Shown here in pieces: positions 23,637 to 33,659 of a stretch of 64,000 nucleotides of DNA (positions are counted from its first letter, which is position 1; each line of letters starts with the position of its first letter). The notes below the pieces were generated by a model, which was not told the DNA's origin, did not search any database, and saw nothing but the letters and a program-made list of their open reading frames with translations. Origin of the DNA: Obrimoposthia wandeli (Eukaryota); assembly GCA_977020255.1 (NCBI GenBank), contig CDROCS010000636.1:1-64000 (forward strand). Direction: 5' to 3'. A program made the translations under genes and the position numbers.

Positions 23637-24854
23637 ATGCTGATCATACAAATTACCACTACCAAGGCTAGTTATGAGATCATGATCAGTAAATGGAGAC
23701 AAGATGTAATACGGGCATTATACATAGAAATCCCTCTATTAAAAACAAATCACGTAGTAGACATTCATCTACAGACGTCAGCAACCGACAATATCGATCA
23801 GAAATTGTATGTCATCCGACAGGTCAGAATAAAGATCGACCAAAGTACACCTTACTACAAACTGATATTATTCAATCACGAAAGAGTGTTATACCTACGG
23901 ATAACGATATCAAAAAGGAAGCGGATTATCCAAAGTATCCGCACAAAGTCATTAATATTGCCTAGAGATGAGCGCATCTGGAAAATTGTCGACAGGATTA
24001 TGATCACAGGTAGACGACGTAAAGCCGTATGGAATTCCGTTAGAATATTTTTCAGATTACTAGAAACTGACAAAGTAACAGTATCGTGTCCCAATCCAGA
24101 TGGCGGAATCAGATTCGAAATCCAAAACCAAATGTTAGTACCACATTTTGATACAGAATGTCTGTGTAATCGAATTCCCAGTAACACTACAGAGACCTCG
24201 ACCATAATCATGGTAATAACAGGTGAAATATTCTACATAACTCTAAGATACCAGAACCGTCGATTTCGTAGGTCCGGTATAAGTATCAAACCCAGGAAAA
24301 TCATTCCCAAAAAACCAATCCTAGTCAAAAAGAAGGCAAAGGTAAACGAAAGTAAACACCATTCCAAAAAGCCGAAAGTGATCAGAACAAAGACAGAAGC
24401 GAAAGAAAAAGAGCTAAAATCCAGAAACCAAAGTACAGTTATTAAGAGGACAAGAGTGAGGGGAACGATCCCACTAGATCCCAAAAATTATTTCCAATCC
24501 AAAATAATAATACCTGTTCTACCAGAAACAAAACACCCAAATCCACGAATTTTTAGAAAATCGGACATAATACATGGAAACCGATCAAAACCCATGGAAA
24601 TGTCATTCGAACCGACAAACAACAAAATGAAGTATGAGTATCAATCATCAGATAGCAGAGTAACAGCGGTCAATGCTCTAATTGGAATGGCCGTAGTGTC
24701 AACAGCAGTGGTTCTATTGACAGTCGTGTGCGTGAAAGGCAGTCAAGTATGCCCAAGAATACGGCGAAAATGCGAAGGATTGCGATGCTGTGACATACCC
24801 ACCATGGAGGAAGTGGAATTGCGACCCTTACCTCCGCCTCCCATCAAGATATGA
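23637..24854 (+). CDS. Putative type-I membrane protein, unknown function
   Basis: 405-aa ORF with an N-terminal hydrophobic segment, Lys-rich region, TM ALIGMAVVSTAVVLLTVVCV and a Cys/polyproline tail. Confidence 0.55.
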   Translation: MLIIQITTTKASYEIMISKWRQDVIRALYIEIPLLKTNHVVDIHLQTSATDNIDQKLYVIRQVRIKIDQSTPYYKLILFNHERVLYLRITISKRKRIIQSIRTKSLILPRDERIWKIVDRIMITGRRRKAVWNSVRIFFRLLETDKVTVSCPNPDGGIRFEIQNQMLVPHFDTECLCNRIPSNTTETSTIIMVITGEIFYITLRYQNRRFRRSGISIKPRKIIPKKPILVKKKAKVNESKHHSKKPKVIRTKTEAKEKELKSRNQSTVIKRTRVRGTIPLDPKNYFQSKIIIPVLPETKHPNPRIFRKSDIIHGNRSKPMEMSFEPTNNKMKYEYQSSDSRVTAVNALIGMAVVSTAVVLLTVVCVKGSQVCPRIRRKCEGLRCCDIPTMEEVELRPLPPPPIKI

Positions 24855-24977
24855 TAAGTCAGAGGAGGTTGTAGATAAATTAGTGTGTGAAATATGTAGA
24901 AATATCTAGAAGCGATTGTACAAATAGTAGAAATATATAAAACTCATGTAGAAATTAATCATCATCATGTATTTAGA

Positions 24978-25277
24978 ATGTCCGAAGAATGCCCAATATG
25001 TTTGGAAGATCTCACCGAACGAAGAACAAGACCCGAAACCTGCAACCATTTACACCACGAGGAATGTTTATCAACATGGATCAGAACTTATGGACAGTTC
25101 GGACATCCAACATACCCTTGTTGCCCTGTATGCAGAAGACAATTCGCAAGATTCATCATGTTAGAACCCAACCAAGAGGATGTATATGTACAGGTGGTAT
25201 TCTGTTGGAAGAATTTCGGAGAGTGTTGGTGTTACTACTGTTTGTCAGAACGACAAAATCCGACCACTTTTGTGTAA
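24978..25277 (+). CDS. RING-H2 zinc-finger protein 1
   Basis: CPIC...CNHLHHEEC..W...CPVCR plus a C-terminal CWK....CWCYYC cluster. Confidence 0.85.
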   Translation: MSEECPICLEDLTERRTRPETCNHLHHEECLSTWIRTYGQFGHPTYPCCPVCRRQFARFIMLEPNQEDVYVQVVFCWKNFGECWCYYCLSERQNPTTFV

Positions 25278-25337
25278 ACATCACACAATCACCAGTCCTC
25301 AATCGAGCCCAAATTCAACATCAACCCTCTCACAGTA

Positions 25338-25643
25338 ATGTCTGGAGAATGTTCCATCTGCTACGAGAGCATCGTGGACCTCTACACCAAGCCCAACAAC
25401 TGCGACCACCTTTTCCACATCGAATGCCTCGAGACGTGGATTCCCATCGCCAACAGCAACAATCCCCTCGACTTCCCAACCTGCCCGATGTGCAGAGCGA
25501 CCTTCTCAGTGCACTACGTGTACAACCAGGACAGCCTCCAAGCAGTGGTACCCATAGTACACTGCTGGAAAACTATCTGCGATTGCTGGTGCTCGTTCTG
25601 CGTGGAGGAGCGACGCACAGGCCAGCCCAACTCCCAGCAATAA
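25338..25643 (+). CDS. RING-H2 zinc-finger protein 2 (paralog of 1)
   Basis: CSIC...CDHLFHIEC..W...CPMCR plus the same CWK....CWCSFC cluster. Confidence 0.87.
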   Translation: MSGECSICYESIVDLYTKPNNCDHLFHIECLETWIPIANSNNPLDFPTCPMCRATFSVHYVYNQDSLQAVVPIVHCWKTICDCWCSFCVEERRTGQPNSQQ

Positions 25644-25984
25644 TCGAAGGTAACTTTCTGACTTGAACGTGACATCATGAACTACCCTGTGTATCGCATA
25701 CCGCGATAAATTAGCTACCATAATTGTAATCATAATTGTATAATCTTGTGAAACTGTAAAATGACCATTACCATTTTTATGTATGTTGTTTAACTGAAAT
25801 TGTAATTATTATACTGAAATTCTAAAAGACAATTTTTTATGCCTAGTGTGAATGTGTAAACATGCCTAAAATCGGAACAAAACTCGGTAGGATTAAAAAA
25901 CTAAGGGTTCGTTTTGAAACTAGAATTTTAAACTTTATAAATTAACGACGAAAACAGTCGAAAAGGAATCATTATTTTGTGCAG

Positions 25985-26482
25985 ATGAAGTGTTCAGTCT
26001 GCCTGGAGAAAATTTGGACGGCATCGGCATCCCCTGTCGGCTGCCGTCACAAATTCCACGAGTCGTGCCTCTATACTTGGGCCCGACTTCGACCCGAAGG
26101 CCACGTCACATGTCCGTTGTGCCGTGCTCCCTTCGCGGAGTGGACACTACAATGTCGCGGACGCCACAAGGGCACTCATTCGCTCACCAGCTGTATTGGT
26201 GGCGAACATTACCAATGCCCCAACTGCATCGCGCGCCGTCGCGACGCGAAACTCGCCCTCCGCGAAAAATGGCGATCAACCCGTGACTGCCGCTCATGGC
26301 AACGTGGTCGCCAAATATGGATCCAGAACCGCGGGGTCCACGGGCGGTACACGACCCTCTTCCACCCCAATCAGCACCTCAGCATGCCCCAGCAGATGGC
26401 CCTGTTCGAAGGCAGGACTCCATCATATCCAGACCTACCACTGGAGCAGGTCTTGCTGTTCTTAAAAGACAGAAACAATTGA
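25985..26482 (+). CDS. RING-H2 zinc-finger protein 3
   Basis: CSVC...CRHKFHESC..W...CPLCR plus downstream C....H.QCPNC; ATG at 25985. Confidence 0.85.
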   Translation: MKCSVCLEKIWTASASPVGCRHKFHESCLYTWARLRPEGHVTCPLCRAPFAEWTLQCRGRHKGTHSLTSCIGGEHYQCPNCIARRRDAKLALREKWRSTRDCRSWQRGRQIWIQNRGVHGRYTTLFHPNQHLSMPQQMALFEGRTPSYPDLPLEQVLLFLKDRNN

Positions 26483-26746
26483 CAAATCCTCGACAATCAT
26501 CCCTTGATCCTTTCCCTTGTGTAATTTTTAGTTTGACGTAGTAATAATGTATAAATTGAGACTTGTTCCAAATTATGCATTATAATTCCCACTAAAAACC
26601 GGGTTTTGGAAAAAAATTTTTTGGGCATGTTTGATGAATTGAATGACTGATTTTTGTAGGGATGGACCTAAAATCAACAGCCAGAGGCTTATAAGAGTAA
26701 AATCGATACGTTCCGGGGACGTAACTTTTTTGGAACCCCCGAGATA

Positions 26747-29034
26747 TGTTAGATTTAGGAATTGAGAAATTATTAAAAAATTAAATAATTTATACTAAAA
26801 TAAAATCCTTGAAAGCAAGGTTGAAAATTAAATATTTAAAATTAAGTTAAAATATTAGAGAATAAAATCAGGGGTAAATATTAATAGGACCACGAAGGTC
26901 GTGTGTAATGCGTTATATATAAGGTTAAGTTAATTAAGTAAAAGTGCAAAAAAGAAATCAGCAAACAAACTAAGAAAAAGGAAAGTCAAAAAATTAATCA
27001 AATCAAAAAGAAATCCAGGAAAAGAAGAAATTATTGTAAGTTGCGATTATTGATTAAATCGTTTACTTTCTTTTTTCAGCTGCCAATATTGAGTGACAGG
27101 AAACGTCACAGCCAAAATTTCAATTTCTATATTTTCAGCTGTCTAGGATAAGTGGCTTTGAGTGACAGGAAACGTCACAGCCAAAATTTCAATTTCTATA
27201 TTTTCAGCTGTCCAGGATAAGTGGCTACAGCGCTCTAGCCTAAGTGGGTAAGAAATTACTATAAGAACAATTTTCTTTAATCAAATAATTGCAGAAAAAC
27301 AAATAATTGAAGTCGAATATAATTGAAAGGTTGGAAACAAATAATTGAAGTCGAATATAATTGAAAGGTTGGAAACAAATAATTGAAGTCGAATATAATT
27401 GAAAGGTTGGAAACAAATAATTGAAGTCGAATATAATTGAAAGGTTGGAAACAAATAATTGAAGTCGAATATAATTGAAAGGTTGGAAACAAATAATTGA
27501 AGTCGAATATAATTGAAAGGTTGGAAACAAATAATTGAAGTCGAATATAATTGAAAGGTTGGAAACAAATAATTGAAGTCGAATATAATTGAAAGGTTGG
27601 AGACAAATTGAAGTCGAGACAAATTGACAGACAGACCAACATATCTCCGACCAAATCATTAACCGAGAGTCCAAACAGAGCCAACCCTCTGACAGCCCAC
27701 GGATCCAGATCTCGGGAAAAAACTCTAGGATTGGATAGGTGAGACGACTCATATAAACACAAATCATTGTCCGCAGTTGACAATTAGGTTTTATACAAAT
27801 CATTGTCCGCAGTTGACAATTAGGTTTCACGCAAATCATTGTCCACAGTTGACAATTAGGTTTCACGCAAATCATTGTCCACAGTTGACAATTAGGTTTC
27901 ACGCAAATCATTGTCCGCAGTTGACAATTAGGTTTCCATATAAATTTTCATACAAATCATTGTCCGCAGTTGACAATTAGGTTTCACGCAAATCATTGTC
28001 CACAGTTGACAATTAGGTTTCCATATAAATTTTCATACAAATCATTGTCCGCAGTTGACAATTAGGTTTCACGCAAATCATTGTCCGCAGTTGACAATTA
28101 GGTTTCCATATAAATTTTCATACAAATCATTGTCCGCAGTTGACAATTAGGTTTCACGCAAATCATTGTCCGCAGTTGACAATTAGGTTTCACGCAAATC
28201 ATTGTCCACAGTTGACAATTAGGTTTCCATATAAATTTTCATACAAATCATTGTCCGCAGTTGACAATTAGGTTTCCCACAAATCATTGTCCACAGTTGA
28301 CAATTAGGTTCCATATAAATTTTCATACAAATCATTGTCCACAGTTGACAATTAGGTTCCATACAAATCATTGTCCACAGTTGACAATTAGGCTTTTATA
28401 CGAATCATTGTCCACAGTTGACAATTCTCGTCTGAATTCATAACAATAGAAAGTTACTCAAATTAAAGAAAGCTTTACCCAACACGATCTAAGTTTAAGT
28501 TGAAAGAAAGTTTTAAGAGAGTTGTGTTATAAATTAACCAACCTAGAAAGAAGATTTGCATTCGCACCTTTATTGTCATAAGAATAAAGGTTTAACCTCA
28601 AAAGTTCAAGCCGATAGCAAAGTTAAATTGTTGAGAAATCTGTAACGCGAGCTTATTCTCGAGTCAGAAGAATAACTCTAAAATCTCGATCACCCCGAAC
28701 GTAAAATCGATACGTGGTTCATCCCCACTTGTTGTAGAGACTTACAGAAGTCTTAGGAATTTTTACTATACTTTTTAGAAAATACGTACATAAACGTATT
28801 GTTGTGTTCAGTTTAGTGTGCTACCAATAAACGATTTCCTACATTAGAAAACGTTGTTTTAAACCTTCAGACCAACAGACGTCTAACCAAACACCTTCAG
28901 ATAAGAAATAGAGATAGGCAACCATAACACTAAGTAGGCCACGACCAACTTTAAGACCTGCTTCTATTCGAACTCACGTTGGGGCCCTCCGCACACAAGA
29001 GGATCTATACAAGTCTCGTATAGAAACCCCAACA
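26747..29034 (+). repeat. 3' LTR (2288 bp)
   Basis: TGTTAGATTTAG...AAACCCCAACA; holds 8 near-identical 38-bp units (27301-27604) and ~17 units of a 36/48-bp array (27760-28430). Confidence 0.93.
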
Positions 29035-29223
29035 AACGTATTGTTCTGGTCGTGTTCGAAATTTTAATTTGGATACATCATCTAAGCAAATTCCTTTATA
29101 ATTAATATTTGTTAACATTGTAAGTAAAATAATTAAATTATTGTATTTATATATATATTTTTTTTTATTCAGTATACAAATCAACCAATATCTCAAGTCC
29201 AATCAAATCAAACATATCATCAG

Positions 29224-32200
29224 ATGAGTATATGTAAAACTTATTCAAATTTTTGTCATTCGGATACACATTTTAATCCTCAAGAATGTCATGATATAAT
29301 GAAAAAATATTATGGTTATTCATACAAAAGGATAAATTATTTCATATGTCCACAATGTTTAAGCACTGAAAATGTTGATTACAACTTATTTTATAGTCGA
29401 CATGTTAGTCATTTAAAAGAATATGAAAATGATAGTAAGAAAAAATTATTTAAAGTACCGGCTTTAAGCAAAAGAACTGATATAATTAATGTACCATCAA
29501 ACATAGTAATTTCAGCTCCTACTCCGTCACGAAAACGTAAAATAAATGACAATATACATACTAAAACATCGTTAGAAAATAGTTATTCAATGATATCCAT
29601 GAAAGTAGATCATCTCAATCTTGTAAGTCTTAAGGTTCCAGTTTCATTATTAAACGAATTAGAAAGAATAGTGCAATTAATGGGAAAAGCAAAGATACAA
29701 TACATCATTAGAATGAGGTTTAAAAAGAATGATGGAGAAACTAAAGAATGGTATGCTTCGCATCGAGCAATGATTTTTTCACATGCTATAATTTCAGAAA
29801 TGGAAGATACAATGGAAAATAAAGTTGAAGAATATTCAGAAAAGGGTAGTGGTTGGAAATTGATGAATATACTTGAATATACATTTATTGCTACTAAATA
29901 TAGTCAAATTTGTGCATTGTCAGGTCATTCATATATTAAATCACCAAATTCTCTTACAAAATCTAAAGCAGTCGTCAATATTCAAAACTCTGATAATCTT
30001 TGCTTTATTTATGCAATATTGTCAATATTTAAATATAATGAAATAGAATTACATAGAAATAGACCAAGCCAATATGAAAGATTTTTAAATGATTTTGTAT
30101 ATAATTCCGAAGACATGCCTATGAAAATATCAAATATATCAAAATTTGAAATGCAAAATCCTGGTATAATAATAAATGTATTCATATTCAACGAGATAAG
30201 TGAAATAGAATCAAAAACTGATGTTATCAAGAATCCTTATATTGATATTGCATACAAATCAAAAATAAAGGAAGGAACTATAGTTAACTTATTGTTACTA
30301 GAATCCAAGGAACGATTTCATTATATAGGAATAACTTGTCTTAACCGGCTATTAAATATTCGAACTGGAACGACTAGAATTAGCAGAAAATGGTGTGAAA
30401 AGTGTTTACATGGTTTCAAAACCGATTTGTCATTAGAAAAGCATAAAGTTTTATGTGACTATAATCAAGAAAGCACTACAATGTATACTATGCCTAAGAA
30501 TAAGTACGTTAAATTCAACGATTGGTCAAAAACTATATCACCGAAATATGTCGTTTACGCTGATTTTGAATCTGTATTAGTACCAGATGAGAGTTATCAT
30601 CAAAAGCATATGCCTGTCGCATCTGGTATGTTATTTATGAGTACAGATGAAATTGAAACCCAGTATCAATATAATGTTGGTGATGACTGCATAGTTAAAT
30701 TTCTTCAGTCAATAGAGAACTTGGCTAAAGAAAAAGTTTTGCCATGGTATTTAGATGCTCTTAAAAACGTAATGATACCCTTAACAAATGCAGAGATTCA
30801 TACATTTAGCAATGCCGATGAATGTTATTTATGTCGCGAATCATCTGAAAAATATGTTAAAGATCATGATCACTTTACTGGCAAGTATCTAGGTCCTGCA
30901 TGCAATGAATGTAATTTATCAAGAAAACTTCGTCCAACTTTACCTATTGTGTTTCATAATCTCAGAGGTTATGATTTACATCATATTTTAAAACATGCAT
31001 TGAATAAATTTACTGACTGGGATATAAATATTATACCACAATCAACGGAAAAGTTTCAAGCCATGATTGTAAGATTAGGTCAAATAACTCTGAGATTTAT
31101 AGATTCTTTGCAATTTTTACAATCATCTTTGGAAAATTTAGCCGGTAAATTACCAACTATTCCATTAACAAGATCAGTTTTTCCATCTAAACTTATTGAT
31201 GGCAAAGGAATATTCCCATATGATTTTGCTACATCATTAAATGTCCTCCAGAATAAGTTAAGTTTACCAGTAAAATGGAATGATAAAATCACAGACACTG
31301 AATATCAAAAAGCACAAGATGTTTGGAAAATAACCAATTGTAGAAATATGTTGGATTATATGTTAGTTTACTTAAAGACTGACGTATATTTATTAGCTGA
31401 CGTATTTCAAACATTCAGAAGAAAAAGCTCTCAGTGAAGATGGTTTAGAACCACTTAACTTTTTTAGCATTCCTGGGTTGAGTTGGGCAAGTGCTCTAAA
31501 AATGTTAAAACATAAGGTTGAACTGATGCAGGATCCTGAAATGTACAACATGATTTCTTCGGGTATACGAGGAGGAATGACATTTGTCAATAAGCATCAT
31601 GTAGTCGCTGATGAAGAAACAAGTCTTTTATATATAGATGTTAATAATTTATATGGATGGGCTCTTGATCAACCTTTACCAAAAGGAGATTTTGAATGGA
31701 TTCTTGATGATATAAAATTAAACGAAATATTGCATGAAATGAAAAATGTGAACATGGAACATATTGAATATGGTTATTTTATGGAAGTAGACTTGGTAAT
31801 ACCAGAAAACCTTCATGACTTTTTAGATGATCTTCCTATAGCTCCAGAAAAGAAATGTCCACCTGGTAAAAAGTTGAAAAACTTTTAATGACGCATTCGC
31901 CAAAAAGTCATTATGTTATTCATTGGAGACTATTGCAGATGTATGTTAGTTTAGGAGCAGTGGTAACAATTATTCATCGAGCAGTAAAATTCTCTCAGGC
32001 TAAGATATTCGCAGAATATATAGAATATAATTCAGAAATGAGATCACAAGCAACGAATAAATGTGACAAAGATTTTTATAAACTTAAAAATGTTAGTTTG
32101 TATGGAAAGACCGTTGAAAATGTTAAGAAACGATTGAATCTTCACATCTGCACTAGTTCTACAAAATTAATTACATATACTAGCAAACCTATGTTTCAAC

Positions 32201-32862
32201 GAACAATTGAAATTCATGATAATTTAATAGCTGTTTTATTAAGAAAAGACTTTATTTGTCTCGATCGACCAAATTATATAGGTCAAGCTGTACTAGACCT
32301 TAGCAAATTACGAATGTATACTCTTCAGTATCATGATTTGCAAATATATCGTAATTTGTTCAATTGTTCAATTAATATAGTTGCCGGTGATACCGACTCA
32401 TTCTTTTTGGAATGTAAAAACGTTAATTTAAGAAAACAGTTGTTACCAAAAATGATTGCAGATGGATTATTAGATACGTCAAATTATAATGTGAATGATC
32501 CATTATATTCTAATAAATTTAATAGTAAAATAGGTTTATTTAAAGATGAATCGGAAGGACGAATGTATAAAGAATGGATTTTCTTACTTTGTAAATGTTA
32601 TTCACTTAAGTTTGAAGATGACTTTGAAAATAATAAAGCAAAAGGAGTAAATCTTAAGGGTTCAACGGTTGTACATCAAACATATTTAGACGTGTATGAA
32701 AACGGTATTGCATATACTATACCTCAAAAGAAGTTTGGAACAATAAATCATCAACTATACACGATCATAATACAAAAGACTGCTCTCAGCTCATCAGATG
32801 ACAAACGCTATTGGATCGAGAAAAATAGAAGCCGCGCTTATGGACATTATGAAATTACATAA
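29224..32862 (+). CDS. polB: Protein-primed family-B DNA polymerase (Polinton/Maverick/adintovirus type) with EndoVII-like insertion; two frameshifts (~31430, ~31885)
   Basis: Exo motifs YADFES, FHNLRGYD, YLKTD; IDS and KGIFPY; GIRGG; polymerase motifs YIDVNNLYG, KL.NVSLYGK, GDTDS, GLFKDE, KAKGV, DDKR; CYLC...DHDHFTGKYLGPACNECN at 30823-30915. Confidence 0.9.
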
Positions 32863-32965
32863 TAAATGTGTTTAATTTTGTATTATTCTCTGACTTCTTT
32901 CTTATTTTTTTTTTTGATTTAATACAAATTTTAACATAATTCTTTAGATGTGTAAGCCTAGGAAA

Positions 32966-33130
32966 AACTTTAGTCTAAATTTTCACATAGAATAGTATGT
33001 GTGTGATTACGTAATATATTCTTAACTGATAAGAGTGAACTTTAGTCTAAATTTTCACATAGAATAGTGTGTGTATGATTACGTCATTCATTCCTTAACT
33101 GATAAGAGTGAACTTTATCCTAAATTTTCA
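32966..33130 (+). repeat. About 2.3 copies of a 72-73-bp direct repeat downstream of polB
   Basis: aactttagtctaaattttcacatagaatagt... starts at 32966 and 33038, with a partial copy at 33111. Confidence 0.85.
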
Positions 33131-33139
33131 TTATGGACT

Positions 33140-33505
33140 AGATCACAAAAAAGAAGGGTGGAGACTAAGCCACTTGACCCTTTGAATTAATGGTTAGCCA
33201 AAAAGAAGGGTGGAGACTAGATCACAAAAAGAAGGGTGGAGACTAGACCACAAAAAGAAGGGTGGAGACTAGATCACAAAAAGAAGGGTGGAGACTAAGC
33301 CACTTGACCCTTTCATAGTGATATATCACAAAAAGAAGGGTGGAGACTAGACCACAAAAAGAAGGGTGGAGACTAAGCCACTTGACCCTTTCATAGTGAT
33401 ATATCACAAAAAGAAGGGTGGAGACTAAGCCACTTGACCCTTTGAATTATGGACGACCATAGTAGTTAGCCAAAAGAAGGGTGGAGACTAGATCACTTGA
33501 CCCCC
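33140..33505 (+). repeat. Iteron-like array: 9 copies of GAAGGGTGGAGACTA mostly spaced 26 or 52 bp apart
   Basis: Copies start at 33153, 33205, 33231, 33257, 33283, 33335, 33361, 33413 and 33476. Confidence 0.9.
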
Positions 33506-33526
33506 TCACCCTCTCCCCTCCCTCCT

Positions 33527-33659
33527 CCCCCTAAAGGGTGTCACACCATAAGGATGTCTTGCCACACCATAAGGGTATATGTTGCCTCACTAGAGGTGAG
33601 GCAACATATGCCCTTATGGTGTGGCAAGACATCCTTATGGTGTGACACCCTTTAGGGGG
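33527..33659. other. Near-perfect hairpin/palindrome (64-bp arms, 5-nt loop TAGAG, one G:T mismatch)
   Basis: 33527-33590 pairs with 33596-33659; the inverted symmetry continues to ~33686 against 33476-33505. Confidence 0.95.

Larger units (their letters stand above)
5064..29034 (+). mobile_element. Giant (~24 kb) Ty3/Gypsy (Metaviridae-like) LTR retroelement with envelope and accessory genes
   Basis: Direct terminal repeats TGTT...AACA at 5064-7170 and 26747-29034, PBS after the 5' LTR, Gag, and PR-RT-RH-IN domain order. No target-site duplication (CATTT vs AACGT). Confidence 0.93.

Noticed and set aside
9123-24484. Many minus-strand and alternate-frame ORFs within the retroelement and polB
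   Set aside because: They are shadows of A-rich coding strands (T-rich antisense gives hydrophobic, stop-poor frames) with no motifs.
24989-25666. 225-aa alternate-frame ORF overlapping RING1 and RING2 (and overlaps at 25990-26541)
   Set aside because: No recognisable motif, and stop-free frames are expected in C-rich sequence. It would need cross-copy conservation to count as overprinting.
27240-28443. Long ORFs over LTR arrays (27240-27911, 27277-27783, 27777-27980; also 5665-6084, 6165-6413, 8078-8446)
   Set aside because: They are translations of stop-free tandem repeats with periodic peptides, not genes.
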